A DNA stretch of 64,000 nucleotides, taken from NCBI GenBank assembly GCA_051362555.1, contig CM120641.1, positions 35,966,401-36,030,400 of the forward strand, read 5' to 3'. The DNA comes from Lingula anatina (Eukaryota > Animalia > Brachiopoda). A program made the position numbers and the translations under genes. Under the pieces are notes generated by a model that was not told where the DNA came from, ran no database searches, and saw only the letters and a list, made by a program, of their open reading frames with translations. Of the stretch, positions 1-15,000 are shown in pieces. How positions within the stretch are numbered: position 1 is the first letter of the stretch; the number at the start of each line of letters is the position of its first letter.

Positions 1-3000
1 TGGAGACTAATTTCATTGGCACTGATCTCCAGTTGCGAGGCTTTAATGGTGGCCCCATATGCAGCATCCAAAGTTCCAACATTTAAAACTGCAGCAGTAT
101 TTACGTCACTGTCCAAATTCATTACAGAATGGTGTTTCAGCCTAACTGCAGCAAACTTGTATGTGCCTGGGTCAGTGATGAAGGGGTAATTTCCATCTTC
201 ATAGATTGCCGTTCTAGTGGTCTGAGCCAGGGTCACTTTCTGACCAGGAGCAAGAACTAGAACTCTCACATTGCTGATTATGCCTGTAGACCAGAAATTA
301 TAATGATATCTTTCAATATTCTAATCACATATCAGTTTCAGAATTCTCCATAATGAATACCCATAGTCATAATAGGAAAAAAACATGGGTGCATGACAAT
401 GGTTGTATGTTGAACTCCCTTAAAACACCAGTAAAGAGACAGGGTGAAAGGTTACCACTTATGAGCAATACAGTTTCTTTTAAAAGCATATGGAAAATTT
501 AATGAATAAAATTGTAATGTCCCTTTAATGTCCAGCATTGAAAAATATGAAACTTTAAAGACTTTACTATATTTACGATATTGATTGTACCTTTTAGATC
601 ATTGGATGGTCCAAGTAGTGCAACAGTGCTGGGCAACCGGACTTCTCCCCCATCACTCATCTGTATACTACACTCAATATTGGCTTCTTTGTCTTGTCCA
701 AGCTCAAACACAGTGTCATCCCCAATGACAACTGTCCCAGAAGTGTCACAGAAGAGAGCAGTGGTCCGTAACAAGGTGCTGTTTGGTCGGTTGTTCCTCA
801 TACTCACCACAGCACCCTTCAAAATGTGGATTTCATCAAAAAGTAACATATCTGAATCTTCATTCTGTATCAAGGTGCCTTGATCAGGACCATTCATAAG
901 ACCACCGTTGTCAAGGAAAAGCTTGGTTGTTGTTAAGGAGCCATTTTTCACTACTTCCAGCAAAGTTCCGGACGCACCAGCTTGCCCTTGTGAAGAGCTG
1001 CCCCCATGTACAACATAGGTGCCAGTAAAAGTGTAAAGTGTGTCCACAGCCAGCAACATCCTTCCTCCACCACCACCACCACCGCCACTAGACCCACCAT
1101 TTCCTCCTATGGCTTGAAGATAGCCATTGCCAGTCATGGTACTCGTTTCAACATTTACACTGCCACCACTTCCTCCACCAGCACTACCTTCCCCAGCCAA
1201 ACCACTGGAACTGATGGTACCATCCAGCCATAGGTAGTCTGTTATGATGTGTATGACACCTCCGCCTGATCCTCCAGCATCTGCGGAACTGTTTCCGCCG
1301 CCACTTCCATACTCGGTGGCATTATATATGGACCCATATGAGCAGGTAATAGGTGAAGCTCCACTGGCACTGGTTCCACCACATCCACCATGGCTAGCTC
1401 CTAAAATGTCAATTTTATTACAATGAATGGCAAATGTAGCTTATCATAAATTGATATAAAGCCATTAAATTCATTGAGATGGAAATTATATGCAGATTTA
1501 GTATTCATAATATTTTTATTATACATATAATTATCACATTGACACAAGTAAACATTGAAGAATTTCTTTACAAACAAGCACACAAACAGACAAATAAACC
1601 TTACCTGCACCACCGGGTCCTCCAGCACCTGGGCCTTGACCACTGAGATGACCCTGACCATCAGCACTGACCAGGCCTGCTATGGTCAACATAGGGGTGG
1701 TAATCACCATAGAACCAGATTTCAGGGTTCCTCCATAATGAACCGTTATCGAGACTAAAGTTGAAAGTTGAGTTTTCATTAAGTTTTCGCTCTGGAGCTC
1801 CAGAGTTCCCCCTGGGTTCACTTCTATGATGGAAAACGTGAGGTCCCCCACCTGGGACTTTATAGTGTTCCCTTGCTGCTTAAAGCCTACCTGACCTGTA
1901 GGTTCAAACATCACATGTGAGTTGACACCAACAATCAGATCCTGGACACCAATAAGGACACCAGCCACTTTTAGGTCTGGAAGCTGACTGGATGGTTTTC
2001 CTGACACAAAAAGTTTTGGTGGCAGAAGTATTTCTCCACCTTGATCCACATGTAGTTTGACTGGGAGATTGTAGGGGTGTAGAATACCTTGCTTGCTGCT
2101 GAGAGTGAGCGCCTGACCTGGGGTGACATACATCACTCCTGTCAAATCTCCATTCAGATTAACTACTTCTATGTCAGCATTATTGGACTTCATCTCCACT
2201 TGAGCATTTTCAGCTACCAGGAATTCACTCAAAGCACGAGATTCCAGACTGTTCAGATCAATGATGGTTCTGCTTTGGGTGATTACGTGACTGTTTTTCA
2301 CCATCAGCTTATTAACTGGAATACCATATTCATTGGTCTGTATATACACTGTTCCTGCAGCACCACCTCTGATTCCATGGCCACCATAGGCAGTAATGGA
2401 TCCCACAAAGTTGTCCATGTGTTCAGCCATTATGGCGATACGTCCACCACTCCCTCCACCAGTTGCGTCTATTCTACCAGTTCCACCATTAGCCTTGATA
2501 CTACCATGTCCTTCCAGGATTGCTGCACTGATAAATATGGTGCCACCACTGGCTCCACCTGATGTGGCTCCACCTGATATGGTACCATTGCCCCCGATGG
2601 ATTCTATATTGCCTTGTAGAGAGAGGGTTCCTGTCACATTCACTAATATGTATCCACCTCCTCTTGCAGTACTCCTACTTAATCCAAAATCAGTTGGTTC
2701 TTTCAGGGAACCATAGGTGGTTCCTGGTTGGCTAAGATACCCTCCTTGTCCTCCATAACTGGCACCATCAAGGCTGGAGTCGGTGGACGAAGGTGCCTTG
2801 GAATTGGCATGGATTTTTGCTCCCTTGCCTAGATGTAGTGCATGTACATAGATGCTGAACCTGGCAGTCATAGCTGAAGATGTCACCACTGCACCACCTT
2901 CAAGGTATAAGGAATTGGCATGTATGCTACAATTGCTGCAGCCAACTGATAATGAACTTCCACTGCCCAACTGCAAGTAGTCAATGCTCAAATCACTTGA

Positions 3001-6000
3001 GTTGTGCTCGTCATTCCTGACCATGGCACCTTGGGCTATACTGATCACTGAACCAGCACCAGTCACCACTGAGGACACCACCATGACACCAGTATTAAGC
3101 ACCTGTAAGTGTTGTGAGTCAGGCAAGTATAAATAAGGCGCAGTCAATCTACCAGCCATCTTTATTGCAGGTTGCTTAGATGAGGACACTGTCATTTTCT
3201 CAGAGAGAGTTAACGCGCCTCCATCATCCACCCAGAATGAGCACCCAGTACTTCCATGTGCATGATAGAGCCCACTGATGGTGACACTGGCACCACTTTT
3301 CACGTTCAACACGGCACTCCCATCTGCTTTAAGCATGCCAATGGTGATGTCTGATGAGACTTCCAGGCTGGCTGTACCACTGACCTCTAGCAAGTCTACA
3401 TGGTCCATGTCGAAATCATTTTGGAAAGGCAATAATCTCTCTGTGTCATGTCTGGCTTGTAGTTTCACGTGTTTGTAGGCTCCCTTGGCTTTTTCTGTTT
3501 CGATGAAAACTGTGCCTATTGTTAAAAGAAAATGTATTTTTTAGTTAATATAAAGAAAAATATGCACAACGTAAAAAGTTAACTTCAATTACATCAATAA
3601 AAGTATAAGATATTTTTTAATGACAGCATAAAGCTATCTCACGTAATGTTACAGCAATTTTTCCTTTTGTATTTATGACATTTCAATAGCAAGTGAGTCA
3701 GACATGATAAAGCTATAATCACTTAACTTACAAGCTGAATGTGGCAATTAAAAGCTTACCAGAAGTTGCAGAACTTCCTCCAGATACATCCATTGTACCA
3801 GTAAAATGATCTTCTCCTCCAGTCACATAGACAGCAATTCTTCCACCACCACCTCCTCTTCTTCCTCCAGCACCATTACCACCTTTGGCAACAAACTGTC
3901 CTGCACCACTGAAGGTCTGTGTCCTTACCAAGATGCTGCCACCGCTTCCTGCAGTACCACTTAATGTCTGAGCATGGGAACCACTCATATCTATGACACC
4001 ATCATTGCTCAACCTATCAGCTGTTATATTAATTTGGCCACCACCAAAACCTGCCTCACTGACACTGCCATATCCACTGCTACCATAGGAATTAGGCTGT
4101 ATCAAGGAGCCATAGATTAAGGAAGAGTTAGAAGCCTGGGATCCAAACCCGCCATGAGATCCACCAATACCAGTGCCTAGGCCAGTGCCTGGGTCAGTGC
4201 CTGGGCCACCTTGAGTGTAACCGGTCCCTATGCCTGTCAGTTTTCCTCCTGGCTTGATACCTAGGCTGTTAACTTTGAGGTGAGTTTTTGCCTGACCAGT
4301 TGAATCACCCTCCAACTGAATCTCTGCTTCACTTTCTATTATGATTGTTTTATAGGTGTGAGTGCCTGTGGCGAGCTTGCATCTCTGTCCTCTGTACAAA
4401 TGTAAACTTTCTACTGCAGAACACATGATGGTTGGGTAAGACCCACTGGATGGGTTGATGGTGTTTTCTTGCCCTGCACTGACATAAAAATGGTTTTCAT
4501 CAATAGAGGTGCCCTCAATGACATTGTAATTCAAAACAGCTATGGTGATATTCCTCTTGTCTGCAAAACCACAGGTAGCTGTTGGACGCAAAACACCCTG
4601 GTAATCAATGGACAAGGATGCTAAATGAAGGTACCCTGGTTCAGATTCATCTGTCCCTGTGTTTGCAGGGTATGCAGCTTCAAACTGGCCACCTGACTGC
4701 AAGAGAATGTTCTGAGTTTTCAACAATGCCCCACACAGTGTAAGCTTCCTTCCTTGTTCAATGAATAAGTTGTTTGGGGTTTGGAGAAGCCCTTCTTGTT
4801 TGACAGCTACATCTACAGGCAAGTGTAAATTATCTCCTCCAGCATTGCCATCTATCATTATGTTCTGCTTTGACCCAATAATCAAACTAGCACCATTGTC
4901 TGCTACAATCTTTCCTAAATTAACCTGGAGATTTGGTTCAGATTTGCTCCGTTCTGTGAAAAGGACTTTTGATTGTCCCTTAAGCTCCAAGACACTGATT
5001 TTTGCAAGAAGGGTGTCTGGTCTTATACCAGGAATAGTCTGTGCTTCACATGTAGAGAAAGGTTGGTCAACACTTATCTGAAATTAATAAAAGGAAAGAA
5101 AACCTATTTTTAGATATAACATAATGTATGTGTGTGTGTGGGGGGGGGGGGATATACAACAGCAATTAAACCAAATGTCTATGAAAGCAATATTCTAAAT
5201 TTAAAAAGTTAATTAATCAACACTTTATAATTGGACATACTGAATCATTTCAATTTTTCAAATTTAAGCTTAAATTTAAAACAGCAGTTCATAACCCATT
5301 TTAACCTACCTTGGCCACCATGGTCAGCGTACCATGCTGTTCCATGTATTCCACCCCACTGGCACCATTGCAGTATCCTCCTCCTCCATGTGCCTTGCTG
5401 GCAGGTACAGCTGTCCCTAGCGAATACTTCACTGTAATATATCCCCCACCTCCTCCTCCGCCATTACCCTGGCCCCATCCTCCACTTGTGTCCAGTGATC
5501 CTATGAAGAGAATCATTTTTTTTTAAACATAGATAAACAAGTATTTTGCAAGATTTTTGTCTCATAAATTCAACTATAAACTTCTAAAATAGAACCCCAT
5601 TATGACTTTTAGTTCCTGAGCCTTTTATTTTTCTACTTGTAAGTAAGTAAATAGTAGAGAAAATGCTGCAAAAACTCAAAATTATAATTGATCCCTACTT
5701 TTCTGTTTGTATTATTTGTCACTGCAGGACAACACAACAGCCAATGATTTACCTGTGATAGTTGCCCTGTTTGTCTCCAGCCAGATACTTCCTCCTGCCC
5801 CTCCTCCTCCATTGGACACACTGGATGACTCACCTCTGAAATATCAGCTATGTTTTACATCTATATATACACACTGCATTCATGCTATATACCCAGTACC
5901 TTCATAAAAATTGTAGAACATAGCTAATGCTATGAGAAACTAAAGATATCTCATATATCACCAAAATAGGTATGGTAACTATCACCATGCCTATCGAAAT

Positions 6001-9000
6001 TCTAAAATCATCACTCCAAATATCAGTATGAAATAAAGATAACCACTTAATTCTTTAATTAGTGCAATAAAATCTGAAGCCTGTTATGCACCCTGAAATA
6101 TGCATACAGACACATCAACATGACATTTATGCACATAGAAATGTATATACTAACTTTGCTGAGATTCTGCCTCTGACTTCCAAATGATCAGAACATTTCA
6201 GTATTACAGCACCACCCCCTCTGCCCCCACTGCCGCCAGAGCCCAGCAAGTCCTCAGAGGGTTGCTGGAATGTTCCATATGAGCCACAATGTCCATGTTG
6301 TCCATAGCCACGCCCTCCTTGGCCAGCATGACAGCCACCATTGCCATAGTAACCAGCACCTAGGAAATAAAGATCACCAATCCCGTATAAAACAAAAAAC
6401 AAAAATCTACAGTAAGAAAGCACATACATGCAAAATGTAGTAAGTTAGATCTAACTTAAAACCATCTAACTAAACTATTAACTATTGTGAAGCAAAACAC
6501 ACTCACATCCACATTTTCACTGCAAACAATTTATTTTCTATTACAGATGCCTTACCAGTTCTCTTTTTCCGTATTGTTTAGATTATCTCAAATTACTTTT
6601 AACTGGCTAAATAATTGTTGATATAAAAACATATGAGATATAATAGAAATTATATTTACCTGGCCCTCTATCAGGGCCATACCCCCTATAATCAGTGACA
6701 ATGCTTGCACCAGAGGCTACAGTGATATTCACTGCAGTGACATTGATACTCTGTCCACTGAGTCTTCCACCAGCCATGACATCCAGCGACATAGTCTGTA
6801 TCCTGGTATCTCTCTTGTGTGTGTCCACCATAACATCCAGGCTGCCACCTCCCATAATAACCATCCTCTCAAACTCAAACACTCCTGGTGTGACAGACGA
6901 CTGAGACCTGGCCACGCGACCCAGAGTGAGGCTGGCAGAGGAGATTGACAGATTTTTCATTCCACTGAAAGTCCCATTGATGACACTGTCGGTCTTGTAA
7001 AACATCACCCTATGAGGCAAGGTGATGCTTCCAGTATGGTGGACATACAGGTGGAATGGGAGATAGTAACTGGTCTTATGAATGGTCACTGACTGACCAA
7101 CTCCAACTAGCAAGGTACCAAACTTATCTGGTGTGTTATGGTCATGCCCGGTCAGTTTGGCAATTTCTAAATGTTCTACAAACTCTCTGGACAGGTTGTT
7201 TGGTGTGTCCAGCGCCAGGTGGGCACCACCTCTTAAGACCACTTCATCAAATTTATAAGACAGGGTTTGGTTGTCGTCTACTACTTGGGTAATCCAGGTT
7301 CTTCCACTATCAGCCAAGTGGACTATGTCGTAGTCTTTGATGTAGTCCTGCAGATGAGAAAAGTTACAATGAATACTCTTATCTTTTTTAAGGTTATGAA
7401 ATGCATTTTAGTTAATAAAGGAATAATTCAATATGTCAATCCCATAGAGAAGCTTATTATCACAAGTTGCATTATAATAAAATGAAAAATAAAATTTACA
7501 TGAACTATAAACTAAAAAACAAATCACTTTAAAAGACTCAACCTTTGAGCAATATTGATAAAAATAACCACATTCTGACTGAATAAAAGTAATAGAATTC
7601 AAAAGGAATCAAATGAACTTACTGAATTAGGCACCTGTCCATTGTTGTCCACCCAAAGGCGCCTAAAAGGCAGCTGATCCGAAATTCTCTCTTCATAGAC
7701 TGTTCCAGCAGCACCTGGCTCAGCACCACCAGCGCCACCATATGCCTGGTACTGTCCTGAAAAACTGCTGGTATTGTAGAAGACTGCTATTCTTCCTCCA
7801 CTTCCACCTCCGCCATTTGTGGTACTGCCTGATGGTAGAGAAATATATTGCACTTGAATTAAGATTAAAGCAATAATAACTCTTTGTTTCGGCCAAAAAA
7901 TGAATTTTCCTGGAGTAAACAACAATTTTCCCATGCTTACCAATGGTTAATGAATCCATTTTTACATTCAAAGTTAGTCCCTGGTTTTTTTCTAAAAAGT
8001 TTGGTTTTTTGTTAAAATCTCTTAAGAGATTTTAACAGAGTATAGACATCAATGGAGGTTACGTGGTCTAAAGACAAGTTCAAATATCAGAATAAAAGCT
8101 ATAACTGCTGTTTTTGTGGTAAAACAGAATATATTATATTTCTATGAGTTATTCACAAGGTTTTTATTGTGAAATATAGGTATCATACAAAGAGTTATTA
8201 TGCCTTTAAGGTGTTTTAAGCAACTTTTTGTCTTTTTTTGCAAATACCACCAAAAGGGTTGCTACTTTGAATATAAATATATTATTTTACAAAAATAATT
8301 ATCATAACACAGAAGAAAAGAAAGCACATCATTTAAATTATTCCAGCACCCAAACATTAATAATTCTTTAAAGAGGACTAAGTTTAAAAGGACTGAACAA
8401 GTTTCATTATATAAAAATTTTAATAAAATGATACTTAAAAAAAGACAGATACTTCAGATATGTTAAATCATGTAAAAAGAAATATACTACAAAAGTGTAA
8501 ATAGAGTACCTTTTCCACCATTAGCCTGTACAAGACCATTTCCATGGAGTGTATTTGTAGAAATCCAGATGCTGCCTCCACTAGCGCCACCTATCCCACT
8601 GAAACCACTCTGGCCATTGCTTTGGATAATACCTAAACAAATTATCATCATCACAGCACATACATTAAAACTGAAAGCACTTAAAAGACACTTTAACATT
8701 ATCTTCATTCAGAAGCAAAAACAGTATTTTGTTTTTGTAAAAGTTGAAAATTTTTTGAACCTATGGATGAAGAAAATGAAAGCGATGGTTTGAAAATGAA
8801 TTAAACTACTGGGTTTGTATTTAAAATCTAAATAAAAACGTACTCTGTTTATGTAGACCAACAGATAATATGTTTGCCAATCAGTGAGTACCCTAAAGAC
8901 AAGAAAATTCTTATCACTGAAATTAAAAATTCAACATTTATAGATAGTTATATACCTGAAAATATCTTTAATAAATTTTGAAAAACCCATTCAAATTCCT

Positions 9001-12000
9001 TACCATCATTGACACAGGTCTCTTCCACAGACAGTCTTATCTTCCCACCACCGTGGACTTTATACCCCCTGTAGTAGGCCTGGCTACCAAAGTAATCAGG
9101 GTATTTCATGTCTCCATAAAACATGCCTCCATTCCTCTGCCCAGTGCTATGTCCACCTTGTCCACCATGTCCAGCACCAGCTCCATTCTGGCCATTGGAT
9201 AGTCCACTGGCATAGGTGATTGTCATGTCCTGGAAGAGTTTGATAAATGCTGTAGTACATTATATCTTATGTCCCGTCAAATCAAATTGTCCTGAGAGAG
9301 TCGACAATGAATGAAAATGTCTGATTATTATTATTTCATGGTATCATTTGAGATACCAAAAATACTCTGCCACAGCGAGAGATATATGTCATGGAAACAT
9401 ACATGAAGCATCTCTTTCAATCAAATATGCACTCATTTATCTTTTATATGAGTCCATGTTTCATACTACTGATGCTGATTAAACAGCCTTTGTTGGATTT
9501 TATCTCAATGTGAAACCTTTTAAAATTTACCAGGATATCTAAGGCAAGATGGTCTCACTACAAGGTAAGTAGAAATAACCTGTTCACTTACAGGTGCAGT
9601 AGCCTTTATATAGCCCATCTGCTTGATTGTCAGGTTCTGTACTCGAATATGCATATTGTCTGTAACCAACTCTCCTCCACTCTCTATCAGTAAAGAGTTT
9701 CCTATCAAATCAATCCCCTTGGGTCCACCAGTGACCTCCATCTTCCCACTGCCTCGAATTGTCACCTCGTCAAATGTTATGTTGGTTCTCTTCAAGATTT
9801 CGGCATCCCAGGGCTCCCTAATAATTTTTAATTGTGAATTCAAGTTAAAGATTATGTTTTAATATAAGAGATGGAAATTATGTAAAAACAGTATGTGACA
9901 GGTAATAATTACTGGAACATTGACATGTTAGGATTGTCTCATAATCTTCCTCTAATTCCTGTATTTCAATTAAAACTTGCATACAAAAAAAAGGAAAGTT
10001 AATACTCTCTGTGTTCTTTCTATAAATCAACACATATAATACTATGATTTTCTGTAAAAAAAGAATTGAATAAAAACACTATTTTACCTTATGATAACGT
10101 TCCCATTGCTCCCTATAGTAAGGACTTCCACCTTCCCCAAGGTACCCTCTACCTGGAGAGTTATACCCCTCACTTCAAGCTCTCTGGACAGATTCACTGT
10201 GCCATTCTGATATACATGTAGGCCATATTTCAAGTCAGGTGTTTCTGTTGGAAGGCTGATTTCTAGTTCCTGTTACAAAACACGTCATATGGTTATGTTA
10301 GTTGTATGGTGAAAATAGATGCAATCATATAGTTGCACAAAAGGAAACAAAATATTTTTCTCTGATAAAGCAATAACAATGATCCCAAACATTTTTCCAA
10401 CAATTAAAATAAAAAATTGGTTAACTTAAAAGGCGCAAAAAAAACATTGATAGTCCCTGTACTGTCCCGAAAATCATTAAAAAGTTGCTTGACTTATAAA
10501 GCAAAAGGAATCATTAATATTACCTGCAATGGCCCCACATGGAAAAGACCAGTCTTATCACCAAGTGATTTCCCAACATACATGTACTGTCTAAATGTAT
10601 TGAAGATTGTCCTATAGAGGGCTAGGTGTGCCCCACCTCTGATCTCTACTGACTCGAATCTATGGGAGTGTGAGTCCGCTGTATCAAACAACCAAGTCCT
10701 GTAACTGTCCTCCCCTTTGTGGTCATCAGCCAGAAGCTCAAACTGAACAATAGAGGACCTCGGTGTTCCCACATTATCATTATCAATAAGTATAGAATCA
10801 CCGCCAGTGGTCAAGTCTCTGAACAGAATGGTGCCAGCGCCACCTGGTTCATAGGAGCTCTTCCCGCCTGTTGCCTGGATAGTACCAGCAAAGGTGTTGT
10901 TGGTGTGGTGGATGGCAATTCTTCCTCCTCCGCCCCCACCACCCACACAAGCAGCACTTGTATATTCAGGCACAGAGCCACCACGAACTGATAACATTCC
11001 TGAGCCTTTGAAGGTGTCAGTCTGGATGAAAATGCTCCCACCACTTCCACCTCCAGCCTGGTAACCAGAGCCACCATGATAACCCCTACCAGTTGTACCA
11101 TCAGCAACCAGGTCACCATCCAATTCAAACGTGTCACAAGTAACATGGATGACCCCTCCTCCCTGACCTCCAGTGTGACTTTGAGGACAGGCACCATGGC
11201 TGAGACCACCACCATTGCCACCACTGGTGCCAAAGTCTGCGGGCTGGTACAGGGAACCGTGTGGACCACCCACAACACCTTGGTGGGTAGCCTGACCTCC
11301 ACCCCCACCATGCCCTCCACCAGATCCACCTGAACAATGTGGATAAGATTTATTGATGAAACACTACTGGATAAGATTTATCTGCAAAAGAGTCCTTTGG
11401 ACATGACAATTTGTGAAATAAAATTGATTATATCCCATTTTACTGAATCTGTTGTGCTCTGTTCAAACTATTTTTTGTCCAAACTATTTTTTATATAAGT
11501 TCTTAATTGATAAAAAAAGTAAACTTAAACAGAATGTTACAATCAACAATTAAAGCATTATTTATGCCCTTAATGTTTGCCTATTTAATTTTTCATAAAC
11601 CAACTTACTTTCAACAACAACAAATCTAATGATAACAATACAATTAATATTTGAATAAAAAAAAACACAGCATGATTAATATTTTATTACTACGGTACCT
11701 CCATTAGAGGTGCTGACACCCCCCTCTGGTGGGTAGAGTGGTGCAGGGGCCATGCCGCGCACATTGATAGCACCTGCTGCCTCAATCCACACACTTTCAG
11801 CACGGATATCTATCCAGTTACCCTGTAGAAAAAAATAAGATGAATTTCTCTACATCTGCATAAATTTGAAAAGGCATTGTCCACATGCTCTCTCAATCAT
11901 TCATTAAAGCTGTTGAAAAGATGCAAGTAATTGTAAACTTCCCATTTTAAAAATTAATAAATTTTCCTTCTATTTCTTCATATCATACATTTACAAAGCA

Positions 12001-15000
12001 CTGTTGTGCTATATCTTCATCTATATTAGCGTATTGGGATTCCAGCAATTCAAATAGATTTATCTTTATTACAGATCTTCATTAAAAATTGGTGTCCAAT
12101 ACATGATACAACTCACCTTGATGACAGCACCTGGATGCAGTCGTACACTGTTGGTTACATTAAGCAAAAGGGATGGTTTCCTTAAGATGAACTTATTACT
12201 ATAGGCTGCAGTTGACACAGAGTGAATGACACCATTCCCAAGGACATTCAGCGAGTACAAGTTGAATTCTTTCCTTTCTAATCCAAAGTATTTGCCCTGA
12301 AAATTTTTAATTGAATTTTTTAAAAATTACCATTTTTGAACACTCAGGACAGTCAGGCCTTTAGCCATATGCCAATGTAATCTGTAATCTGTAAATGATA
12401 GCTTGTAAACAAAATGATATTCTAAAACTAAATTTCAATTAATTCAAATTAAAGTCAATAAAACAAAGAATGAGACAAAAATGTTGGAATGAAAAGGTAT
12501 AAAATAGAGTACTCAAGTGTATAAATGATTAATTTCTGTTCAGGACAGCCACTTCACTCACCTCCTCTCCAATATACAGATTGATATTTGTGCCCACAGT
12601 CAGAATTTGAACTCCATCAATGGCTCCATCAACATAAATATCTTTGTATCTTAAATTTCTCAAGTCAGTATCTGAAAAATGATTGGAGTAAGTATTTGTC
12701 ACATAATCTCAAGTGATACCTTTGGCCACCAAAATTGTATTCTATTTTTACCACATCTGCCCTCAATTTGTCATGAAAAAAACAATTAAATGTCAAAAGA
12801 ACTATTATTTGACTTTATAAATTAACAAAGGGCTAAGAAGATCTTTACAAAGGGATAAATAATTTCGATTTTAGTAAGACTGTATACTTACTGACAGGCA
12901 AACTCATATAGGTATTTCTGTACACCCTGAAGGCAGCTGGGAATGGGGAATCAGATGCACCAATAGTTAATGGATGCTGTAGGGAAGAATGCAAAAACCC
13001 TGTGAGGTCTCCCTGCAGTTTTCCAATGGTCACAACGGCTGTCCCACCAGCTGTGTCATGTTTCCATGCCAGATGTGCCCCACCAAGTAAAACCACATTG
13101 TCAAAATGTATTGTTGCATTAGGACTACCTCTGGTGACAATGTATGTTCTGGTACTGTCACTGTTGACGTCACTGATGTATGTTAACAGTGGTGTGTACC
13201 CCCTGTTGTCTACAGTGAGGGTGGTTCCAGTACCGGGTTGACTGAGAAAGATGGTTCCTGCTGCCCCCTTCTCTACATCACTCATTCCTCCATAGGAGTG
13301 GTATTTGCCTGTGAAGATGTACTGGCTCTGTACGTGAACTGCAATCCTCCCGCCGCCCCCTCCTCCTCCTTGTTTCTGTATTGAAAAATAAAATAAAGAG
13401 ATGGCATACAGTTATCATAGAATCTAAACCACATTTTGGAACTATCAGTGACATTAAAGTTTGATTCATATAAAAAAGACTTTTACAGTGTATATTTAAG
13501 TCTATACAAATAAAGATCTGTTTTATTCATTAAGCATAAAAAAAAAACTGTTCAATTCAAGTATCTTTCGATATTTTTATGTATCTTTATATATCTAATA
13601 AATAAAGGACATTTTCATGTTAAAAGCATTTAAGATTCAGCATATCAAAAACTACACAGAAAGTGGAGGAGGTTGATAGCTCCCTCAAGGTAACCTATAA
13701 CTTTATGTTAAGGATTTTAAGGATTAAAAGCTGAAATCTTAATTTTTACAATATAAGTGAACTTCAAAAAATAGCCTATACCTTGGGCACAATGTTCCTT
13801 TCACCTCTGCAGTATCGCCCTGTAGGACAGTAACATGAACGGAACAAAGAAAAATAGGTACACCAATGTCCACTGTTCCTAGATGACCAACATGTCCCCC
13901 CACAACACTTGTTAAATGTAACCTGGCAGTCACTGACACAATTGTTCTGGACAAAGTAGTAATAATCCTTGCAGACTAGACATCTACGTTCTTTGTCGTA
14001 TCGGTAACAGTGAGGTATACTGGTGACATCTCCTCCATTGGTACTAATGGTGCCTTTGCCTGGAGAAAAAATGAAAGAACCATACAAATTAATTACACTG
14101 CTTTCTTTGAATGTGGTGCAATTTTGGGGCATTAATATTTTGTCACCTTAAATTCATATAACATATTCCAAATTTCTCTTGTAGAATGCTATTTCTTTCA
14201 TTAATCTGAGTCTTAAAGTGATATATTCAAATTATAATATTTTAAAATATTACGTATGACTTTTCTTTATGTATCATCACGTAAATGTTGCTTTTAGAGG
14301 GCTCTCTGGTAAGCCATGTACCTGAGAATTTCCCAGCAGAGATCAAGATGCTTCCTCCAGCCCCACCTCCCATAAAGTAACTGAGAGCATCAGTACCACT
14401 AGCTGTCACCTCACCATCCACCAACATCTGACCTTCTGCAGCAAGATGCAGTGAACCACCACCAAAACCACCCTGAGGAGGAAAATCAAACAATCAAAGA
14501 AAATCTTAATTTTAAAAAGAATTCATTAAATGTTTGAAAATAGCATAATTATAAATGGTTAGAAATGGAGTTTCTTTTTGTGAGAGAGAATTTTTAACAT
14601 TGACTGATTTCTGCATTAACTTTTAAGACCATCAGTTGAGAAAAGACTAGCAGTTTGGAAGGATGGATCTACTCATACTTAAAAAATATGAATATAATAC
14701 TAACGGTTTGCACCTACTAAAAAGTATGAATATAATACTAATGGTTTGGTTCTTAACAGAAAGGAATCAATGATTTACTTTTAATTCTAATTGCACAACA
14801 ATCTCTTCCATTGTGTATAAATATAAAAATCTATGAACTGCAGCTTAATATCTAAACTGGTAGCTGAGAAATAAGTCAACTCCAAGGCTGCATTAATGAA
14901 GCTCCAAAACATACATATATTATATATATACATGCTTCTATTATATGTACTTCATTTTTAAACCATGAGAACATACCTTTCCATTTTGCACAAAGCTCCC

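Noticed and set aside
13660-13689. Plus-strand 30-nt AG...GT micro-exon-like string (KVEEVDSSLK)
   Set aside because: No pyrimidine tract and no partner exons found; likely chance
14674-14749. ~38-bp tandem duplication (also short ones near 11340 and 43583)
   Set aside because: Two-copy intronic slippage duplications with no spacer structure; not CRISPR-like
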